From an uncultured Alphaproteobacteria bacterium (GTDB taxonomy: Bacteria > Pseudomonadota > Alphaproteobacteria > RF32 > CAG-239): 64,000 bases of DNA. Positions 21,003 to 32,161 of this stretch are shown here, one piece after another; within the stretch, counting starts at the first letter, position 1, and the number at the start of each line of letters is the position of its first letter. Location: contig CALXZJ010000003.1 in NCBI GenBank assembly GCA_944393235.1, positions 4,291-68,290 of the forward strand, written 5' to 3'. A program made the position numbers and the translations under genes. The notes beneath the pieces were generated by a model. The model was not told where the DNA came from. It saw only the letters and a list, made by a program, of their open reading frames with translations, and searched no databases.

Positions 21003-21973
21003 TGGCTGAGATTGAATTGGAACTTTTTAATAATCAATTGGTGCAAAAGCTGGTCGGTGTTTCGGATGCGAATCTGAGGCTGATTGAAAAAATGCTCAAT
21101 GTGGAAATTTTGAGCTTTGGCAATCAGATTACGATTAAAGGCAGTCCAAAAGAAGTTGAGGAAGCCAAAGCCGCTATCAATGTTTTGTATGACAAGGTCA
21201 GCAAAAATATTGAAGTCGGTGAGCAAGAAGTCAAGGCTGCGGTACGGATTTGCAGCGATTGTCATAATGATGAAGAAGTGCAAAACTTAAATGAAATCGT
21301 TTTGAAAACCAAAAAACGATATATTTATCCGCGTTCGGCAACACAAGCCAAGTATATTCAAGAGATGATGAAAAATGAGTTGGTGTTTGGTCTTGGTCCT
21401 GCCGGTACGGGTAAAACTTATCTGGCGGTGGCGTTGGCGGTTTCTATGATGTTAGAAGGCGCGGTTGATAAAATCATCTTGTCGCGTCCGGCGGTGGAAG
21501 CCGGTGAAAATTTGGGCTTTTTGCCGGGGGATTTGAAGGAAAAAGTTGATCCGTATTTGCGTCCGTTGTATGACGCTTTGTATGAGATGCTGCCGGCTGA
21601 ACAGGTAGATAAAAAACTGGCGCTGGGCGAAATTGAAATCGCACCGTTGGCGTTTATGCGCGGTCGGACGTTATCCAACGCTTTTGTGATTTTGGACGAG
21701 GCGCAAAACACCACACCGATGCAGATGAAGATGTTTTTGACCCGACTGGGCGAAAATTCACGCATGGTGGTCAACGGCGATTTAAGCCAAGTTGACTTGC
21801 CGCGGGGAACGGTTTCGGGGTTGCGTGATGCGTTGGATACCTTGAAGAATATCAGCAATATCAGCTCTGTTACGTTTAGTGCGGCTGATGTTGTGCGTCA
21901 TGGTTTGGTGGCTAAAATCGTTAAAGCTTATGAAGAAAAAAGCAAAAAGTTGCAGGAAAATGACAAAGATTAA
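21002..21973 (+). CDS. PhoH-like ATPase (YbeZ)
   Basis: GPAGTGKTYLA, FMRGRT, DEAQN. Confidence 0.95.
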   Translation: MAEIELELFNNQLVQKLVGVSDANLRLIEKMLNVEILSFGNQITIKGSPKEVEEAKAAINVLYDKVSKNIEVGEQEVKAAVRICSDCHNDEEVQNLNEIVLKTKKRYIYPRSATQAKYIQEMMKNELVFGLGPAGTGKTYLAVALAVSMMLEGAVDKIILSRPAVEAGENLGFLPGDLKEKVDPYLRPLYDALYEMLPAEQVDKKLALGEIEIAPLAFMRGRTLSNAFVILDEAQNTTPMQMKMFLTRLGENSRMVVNGDLSQVDLPRGTVSGLRDALDTLKNISNISSVTFSAADVVRHGLVAKIVKAYEEKSKKLQENDKD

Positions 21974-22472
21974 AGTATTTGTTGATATTGAAGAGGCAAA
22001 ATGGACGGCGGCGGTGGAGAACATCGCTGCCGTTGTTGAACGGGTCAAAGAGGCCGTGTTTAAAAGAGTGGAAGGCGAGGTTGATTTTTTGGCACTGCCT
22101 AAAACTTTTGGCGTTAATCTTTGTTTGAGCAACGATACGGCGGTGCATAAGCTTAATATGGAATTTCGGCATATGGACAAGCCGACGAACGTGCTTTCTT
22201 TTGCCAATCTTGACGATCCGGATTTTGATGATGTTTTGGCACATGAAGAGTTTGTGGAATTGGGCGATATTATCGTGGCGTTTGAGACCATGGAGCGGGA
22301 AGCTGAAGAACAGGGTGTTTCTCTGCATGATCATTTTTGCCATTTGTGGACGCATGGGCTTTTGCATATTTTAGGCTACGACCATATGACTGCAGAAGAA
22401 GCCGCGGAAATGGAATCGCGCGAAATAGATGTTTTGGCAAAATTAGGTGTTGATAATCCGTATCGGGAGTAA
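21960..22472 (+). CDS. ybeY: rRNA maturation RNase YbeY
   Basis: DKPTNVLSF, HGLLHILGYDH. Confidence 0.95.
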   Translation: MTKIKVFVDIEEAKWTAAVENIAAVVERVKEAVFKRVEGEVDFLALPKTFGVNLCLSNDTAVHKLNMEFRHMDKPTNVLSFANLDDPDFDDVLAHEEFVELGDIIVAFETMEREAEEQGVSLHDHFCHLWTHGLLHILGYDHMTAEEAAEMESREIDVLAKLGVDNPYRE

Positions 22473-22475
22473 ACG

Positions 22476-24017
22476 GTGGCAGAGCAAACGGCAGAAAAAA
22501 AAGAAAATTTTTTTATTAAGCATCGCAAGACAACGGCTTTGGTGCTTGGTTTGGCGGCGGCATTCGGGTTTGCGCCAAGTTATGCCGTGCTCGTGACGTT
22601 GTGTTCATTGCTTGCAGCGTTTGTTTTAACCGATAAAATGCAAAATTTGCGGCAGGCGGCAGCTGTTGGTTATTGGTATGGTTTCGGTATGTTTGCTGCC
22701 GGTTTTTATTGGATCGGCAACGCGTTGTTGATTGATGTTGCGGCATTTGGTTGGCTTTATCCGTTTGCATTGTTCGGCGCCGGTGCTTTTTTTGGTTTGT
22801 TTACGATTGTGCCGTTTATGCTTTGGCATCAGTTTTCGGCTTTGGGTGTGTGGCATAAAATAGTTGCTTTTGCTGCGGCATGGGTGTTGATGGAATGGGT
22901 CAGAAGTTTTATCTTAACCGGTTTTCCTTGGAATCCGCTGGGTTCGGTTTTTGCTTTTCATCCGGTCTGGATGCAGACGGCAAGCTTGTGGGGCGTTTAC
23001 GGCTTGAGCTTTTTGGCGGTTTGTTTGGCCGGAAGTTTGTATGTGTATTGTTACGGGCAAAAACGCGGTGCAGTCGTTTTTTTTGCAATGCTATTATTTA
23101 TGATGGGTTTCGGGGCATGGCGCGTCGGGCAATATAAGCCTTATGCCGGAGAAATTACCGTACGGTTGGTGCAACCATCTATTCCTCAACAGATGAAATG
23201 GAAACGAGAAATTTTGGAAGAAAATTTTGCCGCTTATATTGAGATGAGCCGACAAAAACCGTTGACAGATATTGATTTTGTTATCTGGGGCGAAACGGCA
23301 ATACCGTTTGATTTGGATCGGGATTGGCGGCATTTGCAACAGCTAAAGGGAGCCGTGCCGCCGCAAGGTTATCTGATTGGCGGCATGGTGCGTTTTGATG
23401 GTGAAAAAGCCTATAATTCGTTATATGTCTTTAATGAAGAAGGCGGGGTCGAAGGCTTTTATGATAAAAGTCATCTGGTGCCTTTCGGCGAATATATTCC
23501 GTTAAGAAAATATCTGCCGGAATGGATAAAACCGGTGGCGGCGAATATGGCAGATTTTGGCGCCGGAAAAAAGTATAAAAATATTAAAATAGGCGATTAT
23601 CCGATTTTTGGCGCGTTGATTTGTTACGAGATTATATTTCCGGGGGAGGTGGTCAATCCAAACGAGCGCCCCTCTTGGCTGGTGGTTTTGAGCAATGACG
23701 GGTGGTATGGCGACAGCGCCGGTCCGTATCAGCATTTGGCAGCGGCACAGATGCGCGCGGTTGAAGAGGGGGTTACGGTGGTGCGCAGCGCTAATTCTGG
23801 TATCAGTGCGGTTATCAATCCGGTTGGGCAGGTTGTTGCCAGTTTGCCACTTAATGAAGAAGGCATTTTAGATGTCAGGTTGCCGCATTATCTGCAAATA
23901 TCTACGTTTTACAGTCGGTGTAAAAATATACCTATCTTTTTTTCTATTGTCTTAATTTTGAGCGCTCTGATAATCTATGTTAGGTTGATAAGTGCGAACA
24001 ATACAAAAAATAGTTGA
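22476..24017 (+). CDS. lnt: Apolipoprotein N-acyltransferase
   Basis: TGFPW, WGETA, YDKSHLVPFGEY, ICYE, SNDGWYG. Confidence 0.95.
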   Translation: MAEQTAEKKENFFIKHRKTTALVLGLAAAFGFAPSYAVLVTLCSLLAAFVLTDKMQNLRQAAAVGYWYGFGMFAAGFYWIGNALLIDVAAFGWLYPFALFGAGAFFGLFTIVPFMLWHQFSALGVWHKIVAFAAAWVLMEWVRSFILTGFPWNPLGSVFAFHPVWMQTASLWGVYGLSFLAVCLAGSLYVYCYGQKRGAVVFFAMLLFMMGFGAWRVGQYKPYAGEITVRLVQPSIPQQMKWKREILEENFAAYIEMSRQKPLTDIDFVIWGETAIPFDLDRDWRHLQQLKGAVPPQGYLIGGMVRFDGEKAYNSLYVFNEEGGVEGFYDKSHLVPFGEYIPLRKYLPEWIKPVAANMADFGAGKKYKNIKIGDYPIFGALICYEIIFPGEVVNPNERPSWLVVLSNDGWYGDSAGPYQHLAAAQMRAVEEGVTVVRSANSGISAVINPVGQVVASLPLNEEGILDVRLPHYLQISTFYSRCKNIPIFFSIVLILSALIIYVRLISANNTKNS

Positions 24018-24077
24018 CTTGTTTGGTATAATCGGTTATTGATGTTGATATTACATTTTATGGGGGACTAGTTGATT

Positions 24078-24569
24078 ATGGAATTGAAAAAAGAAAAATC
24101 TGTCCGCGGAAGAGTGGCTGAAGGCGTGCCTAATCCGGTTGATGTGCATGTTGGCAATCGTATTCGGTTGCGGCGAACTATTTTAGGATATAGCCAACAG
24201 TTTATGGCACGTAAACTCGGTTTGACGTTTCAACAGGTGCAAAAGTATGAAAAAGGCTGCAACCGCGTGGGTGCCAGCCGCTTGTGGGATATCAGCAAAG
24301 TTTTGAAAGTGCCGATGGATTTTTTCTTTGAAGATATGGATAAATCGGTTGAAAGCCAAAGCCCGATGATGTTGACTATGCCTGATAATGAAGAAATCAG
24401 CATGTTGGCTGAAGATACCGATGATATAGATTTGGATCCGATGAAAAGAAAAGAAACTTTGGAGCTTGTTCGGGCTTATTACCGGATTTCTAATCGAAAA
24501 ATTGCTAAAAATTTATTTGATTTGATTGTGAGTATGTCGAGATCAAATTCAACGATGGCCGATGAATAA
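24078..24569 (+). CDS. XRE-family HTH regulator
   Basis: PNPVDVHVG.RIR...LTFQQVQKYEKG.NRVGASRL, typical alphaproteobacterial family. Confidence 0.9.
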   Translation: MELKKEKSVRGRVAEGVPNPVDVHVGNRIRLRRTILGYSQQFMARKLGLTFQQVQKYEKGCNRVGASRLWDISKVLKVPMDFFFEDMDKSVESQSPMMLTMPDNEEISMLAEDTDDIDLDPMKRKETLELVRAYYRISNRKIAKNLFDLIVSMSRSNSTMADE

Positions 24570-24596
24570 AGCTTGATTATTTATGGTTTTTAAAGT

Positions 24597-24633
24597 AAAA
24601 AAATCCCGTATAGTTGTTTAACGGGATTTTTTT
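24597..24633. terminator. Intrinsic terminator
   Basis: aaaaaaatcccgt...acgggattttttt. Confidence 0.65.
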
Positions 24634-25380
24634 ATGCAGCAGAGAGAAGTTTTAATGTGTCAGATGAATGTGCCAAAATTTTTCGGAAGAAGAAAAGGAC
24701 GGGTTTTGCATAAGACTAAAAGCGTATTGTTGGCAAGGTTTTTGCCGAAAATTAAAATCGGGTTAAATACGTTTTTTGATAAGAAAAGTTTGTTTGGGAA
24801 GCCGGTTCAAAAAGTATGTTTAGAAATAGGGTTCGGCGATGGGGCGCATTTGGCAGGCTTGTCTTACAAACAACCTGATATCGGCTTTATTGGGGTTGAG
24901 GTTTTTCAAAACGGGGTGGCAAATTTGTTGAATTTGTTGACCGGTGTGAAAGAAGGTAATCATATTCCGGAAGATATTTGCCTTTTACCAGAACGAGAAG
25001 ATAATGTCAGAGTTTTTGATGACGATGTTCGTTTGTTGTTTCCACAAATTCCGGATGGCTTTATAGACAAGGTTTATTTGTTGTTTCCTGATCCATGGCC
25101 GAAAAAAAAGCATGCCGCGCGGCGCTTTATCAATCCGGGAAATTTAAAAGAATTGGCGCGGATTATTTCTCCCGGCGGGGTGCTGCAGATAGCGACTGAT
25201 CATAAAATATATAAGTCATGGGTGTTGCACACGATGCACGATAATCCGGATTTTAAGTGGATGGCAAAAACATCAAACGATTGGCGTTATCCGCCGGCGG
25301 ACTGGGTTGAAACCAAATATCAAAAAAAAGCCGTACGCGAAGGGCGGAAGCCGGTCTTTTTTGAATATGAGCGGGTTTAA
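24634..25380 (+). CDS. trmB: tRNA (guanine-N7)-methyltransferase
   Basis: LEIGFGDG, FPDPWPKKKH, ATDH, TKYQ; start uncertain. Confidence 0.94.
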   Translation: MQQREVLMCQMNVPKFFGRRKGRVLHKTKSVLLARFLPKIKIGLNTFFDKKSLFGKPVQKVCLEIGFGDGAHLAGLSYKQPDIGFIGVEVFQNGVANLLNLLTGVKEGNHIPEDICLLPEREDNVRVFDDDVRLLFPQIPDGFIDKVYLLFPDPWPKKKHAARRFINPGNLKELARIISPGGVLQIATDHKIYKSWVLHTMHDNPDFKWMAKTSNDWRYPPADWVETKYQKKAVREGRKPVFFEYERV

Positions 25381-25832
25381 TATTCCGGATAGGTGGTTAT
25401 TGTCGGTTGGATATTGGGTTCGGTTATGGTTTTGATGTCGTTTAGCGGAAATGACTGCACATCGTATATCCGGTCGCCGCTTTGATAAAGTGTGTTTTGA
25501 ATTTGGTTTTGCTCTTCTTGAGGTGTTTCTGAAAAAGGAGCCGGATTTTGTTCAGACGTTTGATTTATGATGTCTGACGGTGTGGTTTGGCTTGGTTTTG
25601 TTTCGGGGACGGCGGAAAGAGATTGTTGCGATGTTTGAGCGGCAGGTACTGTGTCCGGGACGGTTATAATCGGGTTGCCCAGTGGGTTGGGTGCATCTTC
25701 AGGCTGGACGACCATAAACTGATTTTCTTTTCCGCCGGCAGTTTCGGCAGCGCCGTAAACAACGGTTGGGGTCTGTGCTTGTGCAGGAAAAATATACAGC
25801 AGGAATAAAATAAGCGTTCTTACCATCGGCAT
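25377..25832 (-). CDS. Hypothetical exported Pro/Thr/Gln-rich protein
   Basis: Signal peptide (AQA), low-complexity middle. Confidence 0.6.
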   Translation of the reverse strand: MPMVRTLILFLLYIFPAQAQTPTVVYGAAETAGGKENQFMVVQPEDAPNPLGNPIITVPDTVPAAQTSQQSLSAVPETKPSQTTPSDIINQTSEQNPAPFSETPQEEQNQIQNTLYQSGDRIYDVQSFPLNDIKTITEPNIQPTITTYPEY

Positions 25833-25884
25833 ACCTCATTAATTATGCTTATATAAATATGTTTTGGTTTGATGTTTTAAAGAT

Positions 25885-26178
25885 TTAGGACATGATTTTT
25901 ATGGTGTCAAAAATTCCTTTATAATCATTTTTATTGGTTTTCGGTTTGGGAAAATAATTTGGTAAATGTTTGTGCATGTAAGTAATGGTGAACAAACGCA
26001 CAGAACAGGTAAAACCGAGTTTGGGATCTTTATTGCTTTCAATAATTTCAAAAAGTCGTTTGCGTTTGATATTTTCACGCCGGCAGATATCATCAACGGC
26101 CTCCCATTCGGGCATAGCCAAACGCATGCTTGTTTTACGATCAAAGACTGAGATAACGCGGTTTGCTAATTTGGTCAT
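25885..26178 (-). CDS. Ribbon-helix-helix domain protein (RHH_4-like)
   Basis: RKTSMRL...EW..V.DIC.RE...SVRLF; GGAG RBS. Confidence 0.8.
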   Translation of the reverse strand: MTKLANRVISVFDRKTSMRLAMPEWEAVDDICRRENIKRKRLFEIIESNKDPKLGFTCSVRLFTITYMHKHLPNYFPKPKTNKNDYKGIFDTIKIMS

Positions 26179-26315
26179 TTGGATCTCCTTTCTATGAACA
26201 GTTGCTTAATAAACAAATATATACTTATAGTAGAAACAAGAAATTTGCAACTATTAATTTATTTTTTTCAGCAACATTTTTAACAAAGTGTGTTTTTATT
26301 ATATTTTATATTTTA

Positions 26316-26382
26316 GACTCAATGGACTCAATAGACTCAAAATGGTTAATGCGAAGAATTGCGAATTGACTCAAACAGAGTC
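26316..26382. promoter_or_regulatory. Cluster of five GANTC (CcrM-type) sites
   Basis: GACTC at 26316, 26325, 26334, 26368 and GAGTC at 26378. Confidence 0.55.
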
Positions 26383-26435
26383 AGGCTAACGGCTGGCGGT
26401 GTTAACTTTTTTTTGATTTTTTGTGCATTTTTTGC

Positions 26436-26464
26436 TTGCAAAGTTTGTTTTGCTATGTTATAAG
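26436..26464 (+). promoter_or_regulatory. Putative sigma70 promoter of the S10 operon
   Basis: TTGCAA-N17-TATAAG. Confidence 0.55.
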
Positions 26465-26631
26465 CCCCTCACAACGTTTGTTCGGGGTCTTTAACAAACC
26501 TCGGTGATGTTAAATATAAAATATAGGGCAAAGCGTTGCTATAGAACGATTTGTCAGTGTTTTAACAAGTTAAATGGCAGGGTTCCGTTAAGGTGGCTTT
26601 TGCCGTTTAGTTATAGGGAATAATAAAAACT

Positions 26632-26943
26632 ATGATGGAAACCCAAAATATAAGAATCCGCCTTAAGGCTTTTGACCATCGTTTGCTTGATCTTTCTACT
26701 AAAGAAATCGTGCATACAGCCAAAAGAACGGGCGCAAATGTCAGAGGACCTATTCCTCTGCCGACCAGAATTGAAAAGTTTACGGTGAACCGTTCGCCGC
26801 ATGTTGATAAAAAGTCGCGCGAACAATTTGAGATCCGTACTCATAAGAGACTTCTGGATATTGTAGATCCGACACCGCAGACGGTTGACGCTTTGATGAA
26901 GCTTGATTTGGCTGCCGGCGTGAATGTTGAGATTAAGTTGTAA
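26632..26943 (+). CDS. rpsJ: 30S ribosomal protein S10
   Basis: [17 protein letters not shown]. Confidence 0.98.
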   Translation: MMETQNIRIRLKAFDHRLLDLSTKEIVHTAKRTGANVRGPIPLPTRIEKFTVNRSPHVDKKSREQFEIRTHKRLLDIVDPTPQTVDALMKLDLAAGVNVEIKL

Positions 26944-27010
26944 TAATAAATTTTAATGTTGGCGTTTTGAAATATGAGGCGTCAACCAATTAGAAAAGGA
27001 AAAAATAATA

Positions 27011-27739
27011 ATGCGTACAGGTCTGATCGCAAAAAAATTGGGAATGTCCCGCATTTTTGAGGCAAACGGCGTTCATGTTCCGGTTACGGTTTTAAGCGTA
27101 GACGGGCTTAAAGTTGTTGCTGTTAAAACTGTCGAAAAGGATGGATATACTGCCGTTCAATTAGGAACCGGCGCCATTAAGGCTAAAAACGTATCCAAAC
27201 CGATGAAAGGACATTTCGCAAAAGCTAATGTTGAACCGAAAAAGAAGTTGGGTGAGTTCAGAGTTTCTGAAGATTGCCTGCTTTCGGTCGGGAACGAATT
27301 GTCGGTTGAACATTTTGTTCCGGGACAGTATGTCGATGTTTGTGCAACCTCAATCGGTAAAGGTTTTGCCGGTGTTATGAAACGCCACAATTTTGCCGGT
27401 TTGGAAGCTACGCACGGCGTTTCGATTTCGCACCGTTCACATGGTTCTACCGGTCAAAGACAAGATCCGGGTAAAGTGTTTAAAGGCAAAAAAATGGCTG
27501 GTCACATGGGTGCTGAGCGGGTAACTGTTCAAAACCTCAAAGTTGTTGCCATTGATGCTGCCAGAGGCTTGATTATGGTTAAGGGCGCTGTTCCGGGGTG
27601 TGAAAACACTTGGGTTCGGGTTACAGATGCCGTTAAAAAAACAGCCAATGTCCAGCTGCCGATGCCGGCCGGATTGAAAAAAGTTGATGAACCTGTTGCA
27701 GTTAAAGCCGAAGAAGCAGCTCCGGCTGAGAATGCATAA
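27011..27739 (+). CDS. rplC: 50S ribosomal protein L3
   Basis: [22 protein letters not shown]. Confidence 0.98.
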   Translation: MRTGLIAKKLGMSRIFEANGVHVPVTVLSVDGLKVVAVKTVEKDGYTAVQLGTGAIKAKNVSKPMKGHFAKANVEPKKKLGEFRVSEDCLLSVGNELSVEHFVPGQYVDVCATSIGKGFAGVMKRHNFAGLEATHGVSISHRSHGSTGQRQDPGKVFKGKKMAGHMGAERVTVQNLKVVAIDAARGLIMVKGAVPGCENTWVRVTDAVKKTANVQLPMPAGLKKVDEPVAVKAEEAAPAENA

Positions 27740-27759
27740 GATTGTAAGGATTGAAAATT

Positions 27760-28380
27760 ATGAAACAGGACATCTTAAATTTAGATAACAAAAATGTCGG
27801 TACGATTGAACTTGACGACTCGATTTTCGGGCTTGAAGTCCGTGCTGATATTTTACACCGTGTTGTTGTTTGGCAACTCGCCCGCCAGCAGGCTGGTACC
27901 CACCAGACCAAAGGCCGTTCTGATGTTGCTTTGACACCTGCAAAGCCGTTTAAGCAGAAAGGCAGCGGCAATGCACGTCAAGGTTCTCGTAAAGGGACTC
28001 AGTTCCGTAAAGGCGGTATCGTGTTTGGTCCGGTTGTCCGTGATCATTCGCACGATTTGACCAAAAAATTCAGAAAACTCGGTTTGAAGACGGCTCTCTC
28101 CGCGAAAGCCAAAGAGGGCAATCTTGTTATTATTGATCAAGCAAAGTTGTCAGCGCCGAAAACAAAAGATTTGCAAGCCAAGTTGGATGTTTGCGGTTTG
28201 AAGAACTGCTTGTTTATTGATGGCAAGGAAGTGGATGTAAACTTTGCGTTGGCCAGCCGTAATATCGCAGGCGTTGACGTTCTGCCGACAATCGGGGCTA
28301 ACGTATATGACATCTTGAGAAGGGACAAACTGGTATTGACCAAAGATGCGGTTGAATGCTTGAAGGAGAGATTGAAATGA
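27760..28380 (+). CDS. rplD: 50S ribosomal protein L4
   Basis: [15 protein letters not shown]. Confidence 0.97.
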   Translation: MKQDILNLDNKNVGTIELDDSIFGLEVRADILHRVVVWQLARQQAGTHQTKGRSDVALTPAKPFKQKGSGNARQGSRKGTQFRKGGIVFGPVVRDHSHDLTKKFRKLGLKTALSAKAKEGNLVIIDQAKLSAPKTKDLQAKLDVCGLKNCLFIDGKEVDVNFALASRNIAGVDVLPTIGANVYDILRRDKLVLTKDAVECLKERLK

Positions 28381-28697
28381 TAAAAAATCTTAAAAAATCA
28401 AACAATGTTACCGCTAAAATGTACGATACATTGGTTCGTCCGGTAATTACCGAAAAATCTATGGTTTCATCGGAAGCCGGCAAAGTTACCTTTATGGTTC
28501 CGTTGTCAGCAACTAAAGATGAGGTTAAGGCCGCCGTTGAAACAATTTTCAACGTTAAGGTAAATAAGGTAAATACCATTCGTCAGTTCGGCAAGGTAAA
28601 AGTATTCCGCGGCCGTCAGGGTGTGCGCTCTGACTATAAAAAAGCCGTTGTGACGCTTGCCGAGGGTCAAAACATTGATGTTACAACAGGAATTTAG
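28377..28697 (+). CDS. rplW: 50S ribosomal protein L23
   Basis: [15 protein letters not shown]. Confidence 0.97.
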   Translation: MIKNLKKSNNVTAKMYDTLVRPVITEKSMVSSEAGKVTFMVPLSATKDEVKAAVETIFNVKVNKVNTIRQFGKVKVFRGRQGVRSDYKKAVVTLAEGQNIDVTTGI

Positions 28698-28699
28698 TC

Positions 28700-29533
28700 A
28701 TGGCTTTAAAAACATTTAAGCCCACATCTCCGGGGCTTCGTCAGCTGATTATTGTTGACAGAAGCGAATTGTACAAAGGTGCACCGGAAAAAACATTGAC
28801 AGTCGGTTTGACCAAAACCGGTGGGCGTGATAATTTTGGACATGTTACAAGTCGGAGAATCGGCGGCGGACATAAACGCAAGCTGAGAGTTATCGACTTC
28901 AAACGCAATAAATTTGATTGTGAGGCAACAGTCGAACGGATTGAATATGACCCGAACCGCACATCTTTCATTGCTTTGATTAAGTATGAAGATGGTACGT
29001 TGGCTTATATTTTGGCTCCGCAAAGATTGAAAGCCGGTGATAAAGTTATCGCTTCGGCTAAAGCTGATATCAAACCCGGCAATGCGATGCCTTTGAAGAG
29101 CATGCCGGTTGGTACGATTGTCCACAATGTTGAGTTAAAGGCTGGTAAAGGTGGTCAGTTGGCTCGCTCAGCCGGCTGCTATGCTCAAGTTGTCGGTAAA
29201 GATGCCGGTTATGCCCAATTAAAATTGAGCTCCGGTGAATTGAGAATCGTTCGTGAAGAATGTCTGGCAACGGTTGGTGCCGTTTCTAATCCGGACAATC
29301 AAAACAAGTCGCTTGGCAAAGCTGGTCGTTCCCGCTGGATGGGTATCAGACCGGTTGTCCGCGGTGTTGCGATGAACCCGGTCGACCACCCGCATGGTGG
29401 TGGTGAGGGCAGAACTTCCGGCGGCCGTCATCCGGTTACGCCGTGGGGTAAGCCGACCAAAGGCGCTAAGACTCGTTCTAACAAGAAGACGGATCGCTTT
29501 ATTATGAGATCACGTCATGATAACAAGAAATAA
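28700..29533 (+). CDS. rplB: 50S ribosomal protein L2
   Basis: [19 protein letters not shown]. Confidence 0.98.
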   Translation: MALKTFKPTSPGLRQLIIVDRSELYKGAPEKTLTVGLTKTGGRDNFGHVTSRRIGGGHKRKLRVIDFKRNKFDCEATVERIEYDPNRTSFIALIKYEDGTLAYILAPQRLKAGDKVIASAKADIKPGNAMPLKSMPVGTIVHNVELKAGKGGQLARSAGCYAQVVGKDAGYAQLKLSSGELRIVREECLATVGAVSNPDNQNKSLGKAGRSRWMGIRPVVRGVAMNPVDHPHGGGEGRTSGGRHPVTPWGKPTKGAKTRSNKKTDRFIMRSRHDNKK

Positions 29534-29548
29534 TAAGGAGAAAAACTA

Positions 29549-29827
29549 ATGACACGTTCCGTTTGGAAAGGACCTTTTGTTGATGGTTATCTTCTTAAGA
29601 AAGCTGATGCTGCCAGAGCTTCAGGACGTAATGAAGTGATTAAAATTTGGTCACGTCGTTCCACGATGTTGCCGCAGTTCGTCGGTTTAACTTTCGGCGT
29701 TCACAATGGTCACAAATTTATCCCGGTTTTAGTTACCGAAGATATGGTTGGCCACAAGTTCGGTGAATTTGCACCGACCCGTACTTTTTACGGGCACGCC
29801 GCAGACAAGACAGCGAAGAGAGGTTAA
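29549..29827 (+). CDS. rpsS: 30S ribosomal protein S19
   Basis: [19 protein letters not shown]. Confidence 0.98.
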   Translation: MTRSVWKGPFVDGYLLKKADAARASGRNEVIKIWSRRSTMLPQFVGLTFGVHNGHKFIPVLVTEDMVGHKFGEFAPTRTFYGHAADKTAKRG

Positions 29828-29829
29828 TT

Positions 29830-30204
29830 ATGGGAAAAACTAAAGATGCAAGAAGAGTAGCTCAAAATCAGGCGATGGCCGTTTGCCGCTCTATCCGCAC
29901 CAGCCCGCGTAAACTGAACTTGGTTGCCCAGTCTATCCGCGGTCTGTCGGCTGAAAAAGCTGTCGCAGAGCTCTCTTTCTCAAAGAAGAGAATCGCTAAA
30001 GTTGCATTGGGGTTGCTGCAATCAGCCATTGCCAATGCTGAAAACAACCACAACCTGAATATTGACAAGCTCGTTGTCAGCGAGGCTTTTGTCGGTAAAG
30101 GTTTAGTTATGAAACGTATGCATGCACGCGGTCGCGGACGCGGAGCTCGGGTGTTAAAGCCGTTCTCCAGCCTGACTGTCGTTGTTACCGAGCGTGGGGA
30201 GTAA
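29830..30204 (+). CDS. rplV: 50S ribosomal protein L22
   Basis: [19 protein letters not shown]. Confidence 0.98.
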   Translation: MGKTKDARRVAQNQAMAVCRSIRTSPRKLNLVAQSIRGLSAEKAVAELSFSKKRIAKVALGLLQSAIANAENNHNLNIDKLVVSEAFVGKGLVMKRMHARGRGRGARVLKPFSSLTVVVTERGE

Positions 30205-30209
30205 AAGAG

Positions 30210-30881
30210 ATGGGACAGAAAGTAAATCCTACCAGTCTTCGTTTGGGCGTTAATCGCACTTGGGACTCTCGTTGGTATGCTGATGATGACAAGTTTACCG
30301 ACTATCTCCACGAAGATTTGAAAATTAAAGAATTCTTGAAAGAAAAATTGGCTCAAGCAGGTGTTAGCCGTATTGTGATTGAACGTCCGGCTAAGAAAGC
30401 CAGAGTTACAATTCATTCTGCCAGACCGGGTGTCGTTATCGGCAAAAAAGGTCAGGATATTGAGAATTTAAGAAAAGAAATTCAGAAACTGACATCTTCA
30501 GAAGTTCAGTTGAATATTCTGGAAGTCAGAAAACCTGAGTTGGATGCCAAATTGGTGGCTGATTCGGTTGCCCAACAGTTGGAAAGACGCGTTGCTTTCC
30601 GTCGGGCGATGAAGCGCGTGATGCAGTCTGCCCTGCGTTTGGGTGCAGAAGGTATCAAAGTTTGCTGCAGTGGTCGTTTGGGCGGTGCTGAAATTGCCCG
30701 TACCGAATATTACCGTGAAGGCCGCGTGCCTTTGCACACTTTGCGTGCCGACATTGATTATGCTACCTCTACGGCTCATACCACTTATGGCGCTTGCGGC
30801 GTTAAAGTGTGGATCTATAAGGGCGAAATTATGGCTCATGATCCGATGGCTCAGGACAAAAAACTGGCTGAACAGAAATAA
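30210..30881 (+). CDS. rpsC: 30S ribosomal protein S3
   Basis: [21 protein letters not shown]. Confidence 0.98.
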   Translation: MGQKVNPTSLRLGVNRTWDSRWYADDDKFTDYLHEDLKIKEFLKEKLAQAGVSRIVIERPAKKARVTIHSARPGVVIGKKGQDIENLRKEIQKLTSSEVQLNILEVRKPELDAKLVADSVAQQLERRVAFRRAMKRVMQSALRLGAEGIKVCCSGRLGGAEIARTEYYREGRVPLHTLRADIDYATSTAHTTYGACGVKVWIYKGEIMAHDPMAQDKKLAEQK

Positions 30882-30901
30882 GATAGCGAGGTTAGAATAA
30901 G

Positions 30902-31330
30902 ATGTTAAGTCCAAAACGTATGAAGTTCCGCAAACAGCATAAAGGCCGCATTCACGGCTTGGCCAAAGGCGGATCAACATTGAGTTTCGGTACATACGGC
31001 CTGAAGGCTTTGTCTCCGGAACGCGTTACGGCGCGCCAAATTGAGGCAGCTCGTCGCGCGATTACCCGTGAGATGAAGAGAGCCGGCCGCTTATGGATCA
31101 GAATTTTCCCTGATGTTCCGGTGTCGGATAAGCCGGCCGAGGTTCGTATGGGTAAAGGTAAAGGTGCTGTTGAATTCTGGGTTGCAAGAGTAAAACCGGG
31201 TCGCATTATGTTTGAGGCGGAAGGTATTGATGAAGAAACCGCTCGCAGAGCATTTGCCCTTGGTGCTGCAAAATTGCCGGTCAAAAGCAAATTTGTTCAG
31301 CGCTTGAATTCGGATAGAGGAGAAGCATAA
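30902..31330 (+). CDS. rplP: 50S ribosomal protein L16
   Basis: [12 protein letters not shown]. Confidence 0.98.
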   Translation: MLSPKRMKFRKQHKGRIHGLAKGGSTLSFGTYGLKALSPERVTARQIEAARRAITREMKRAGRLWIRIFPDVPVSDKPAEVRMGKGKGAVEFWVARVKPGRIMFEAEGIDEETARRAFALGAAKLPVKSKFVQRLNSDRGEA

Positions 31331-31527
31331 TGGTTAAAACAAAAGATTTGCGTGCTATGACGATTGATGAGTTGGAAGCTAAACTGACCGAAAATAAAAA
31401 GGAACAGTTTAACTTACGTATTCAACAATCTACGGGGCAATTGACCAATACGGCTCAAATCCGTAAAGTCCGCCGCGAAATAGCCAGAATCAACACGCTC
31501 TTAGATGAGCGCAAGAAGAATAGTTAG
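31330..31527 (+). CDS. rpmC: 50S ribosomal protein L29
   Basis: EQFNLR.Q..TGQL, RREIAR. Confidence 0.97.
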   Translation: MVKTKDLRAMTIDELEAKLTENKKEQFNLRIQQSTGQLTNTAQIRKVRREIARINTLLDERKKNS

Positions 31528-31537
31528 GAGAAAAGAT

Positions 31538-31774
31538 ATGCCTAAAAGAATTCTTCAAGGTGTTGTTGTTAGCGATAAACAGGATAAAACCGTCGTGGTC
31601 AGCGTAGAGCGTCAGGTGATGCATCCTGTTTACAAAAAGTTCGTGAAGAAGAGCAAAAAATATGCCGCTCACGATGAAAATAACCAGTTCAAAGTCGGTG
31701 ATAAGGTTTCGATTATTGAATCTAAGCCTTATTCAAAGACGAAAACTTGGACTGTATTAGTTGATAACGCCTAG
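31538..31774 (+). CDS. rpsQ: 30S ribosomal protein S17
   Basis: [15 protein letters not shown]. Confidence 0.97.
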   Translation: MPKRILQGVVVSDKQDKTVVVSVERQVMHPVYKKFVKKSKKYAAHDENNQFKVGDKVSIIESKPYSKTKTWTVLVDNA

Positions 31775-31792
31775 AAAAGAAGGAATTAGAAA

Positions 31793-32161
31793 ATGATACA
31801 GATGCAAACCAACCTAGATGTTGCAGATAATTCTGGAGCACGTCAGGTGCAGTGCATTAAAGTTCTTGGCGGGTCCAAGAGAATGCATGCTTCCGTAGGT
31901 GATGTTATTGTTGTTTCAATTAAGGATGCGATGCCCAAAGGGCGCGTCAAAAAAGGCGATGTTTGCAAAGCAGTTATTGTCAGAACCGCCAGCGATATTC
32001 GCCGCAAAGACGGCAGCGTCATCCGTTTTGACAGCAACGCAGCAGTTCTTATCAACAAAGACGGCGAGCCGATTGGTACTCGTATCTTCGGCCCTGTCAC
32101 CAGAGAGCTGCGCGCAAAGAAATTTATGAAAATCATTTCATTAGCACCGGAGGTATTGTAA
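31793..32161 (+). CDS. rplN: 50S ribosomal protein L14
   Basis: [15 protein letters not shown]. Confidence 0.98.
   Translation: MIQMQTNLDVADNSGARQVQCIKVLGGSKRMHASVGDVIVVSIKDAMPKGRVKKGDVCKAVIVRTASDIRRKDGSVIRFDSNAAVLINKDGEPIGTRIFGPVTRELRAKKFMKIISLAPEVL

Noticed and set aside
26179-26435. Replication origin at the GANTC cluster
   Set aside because: No convincing DnaA boxes or origin-associated genes seen
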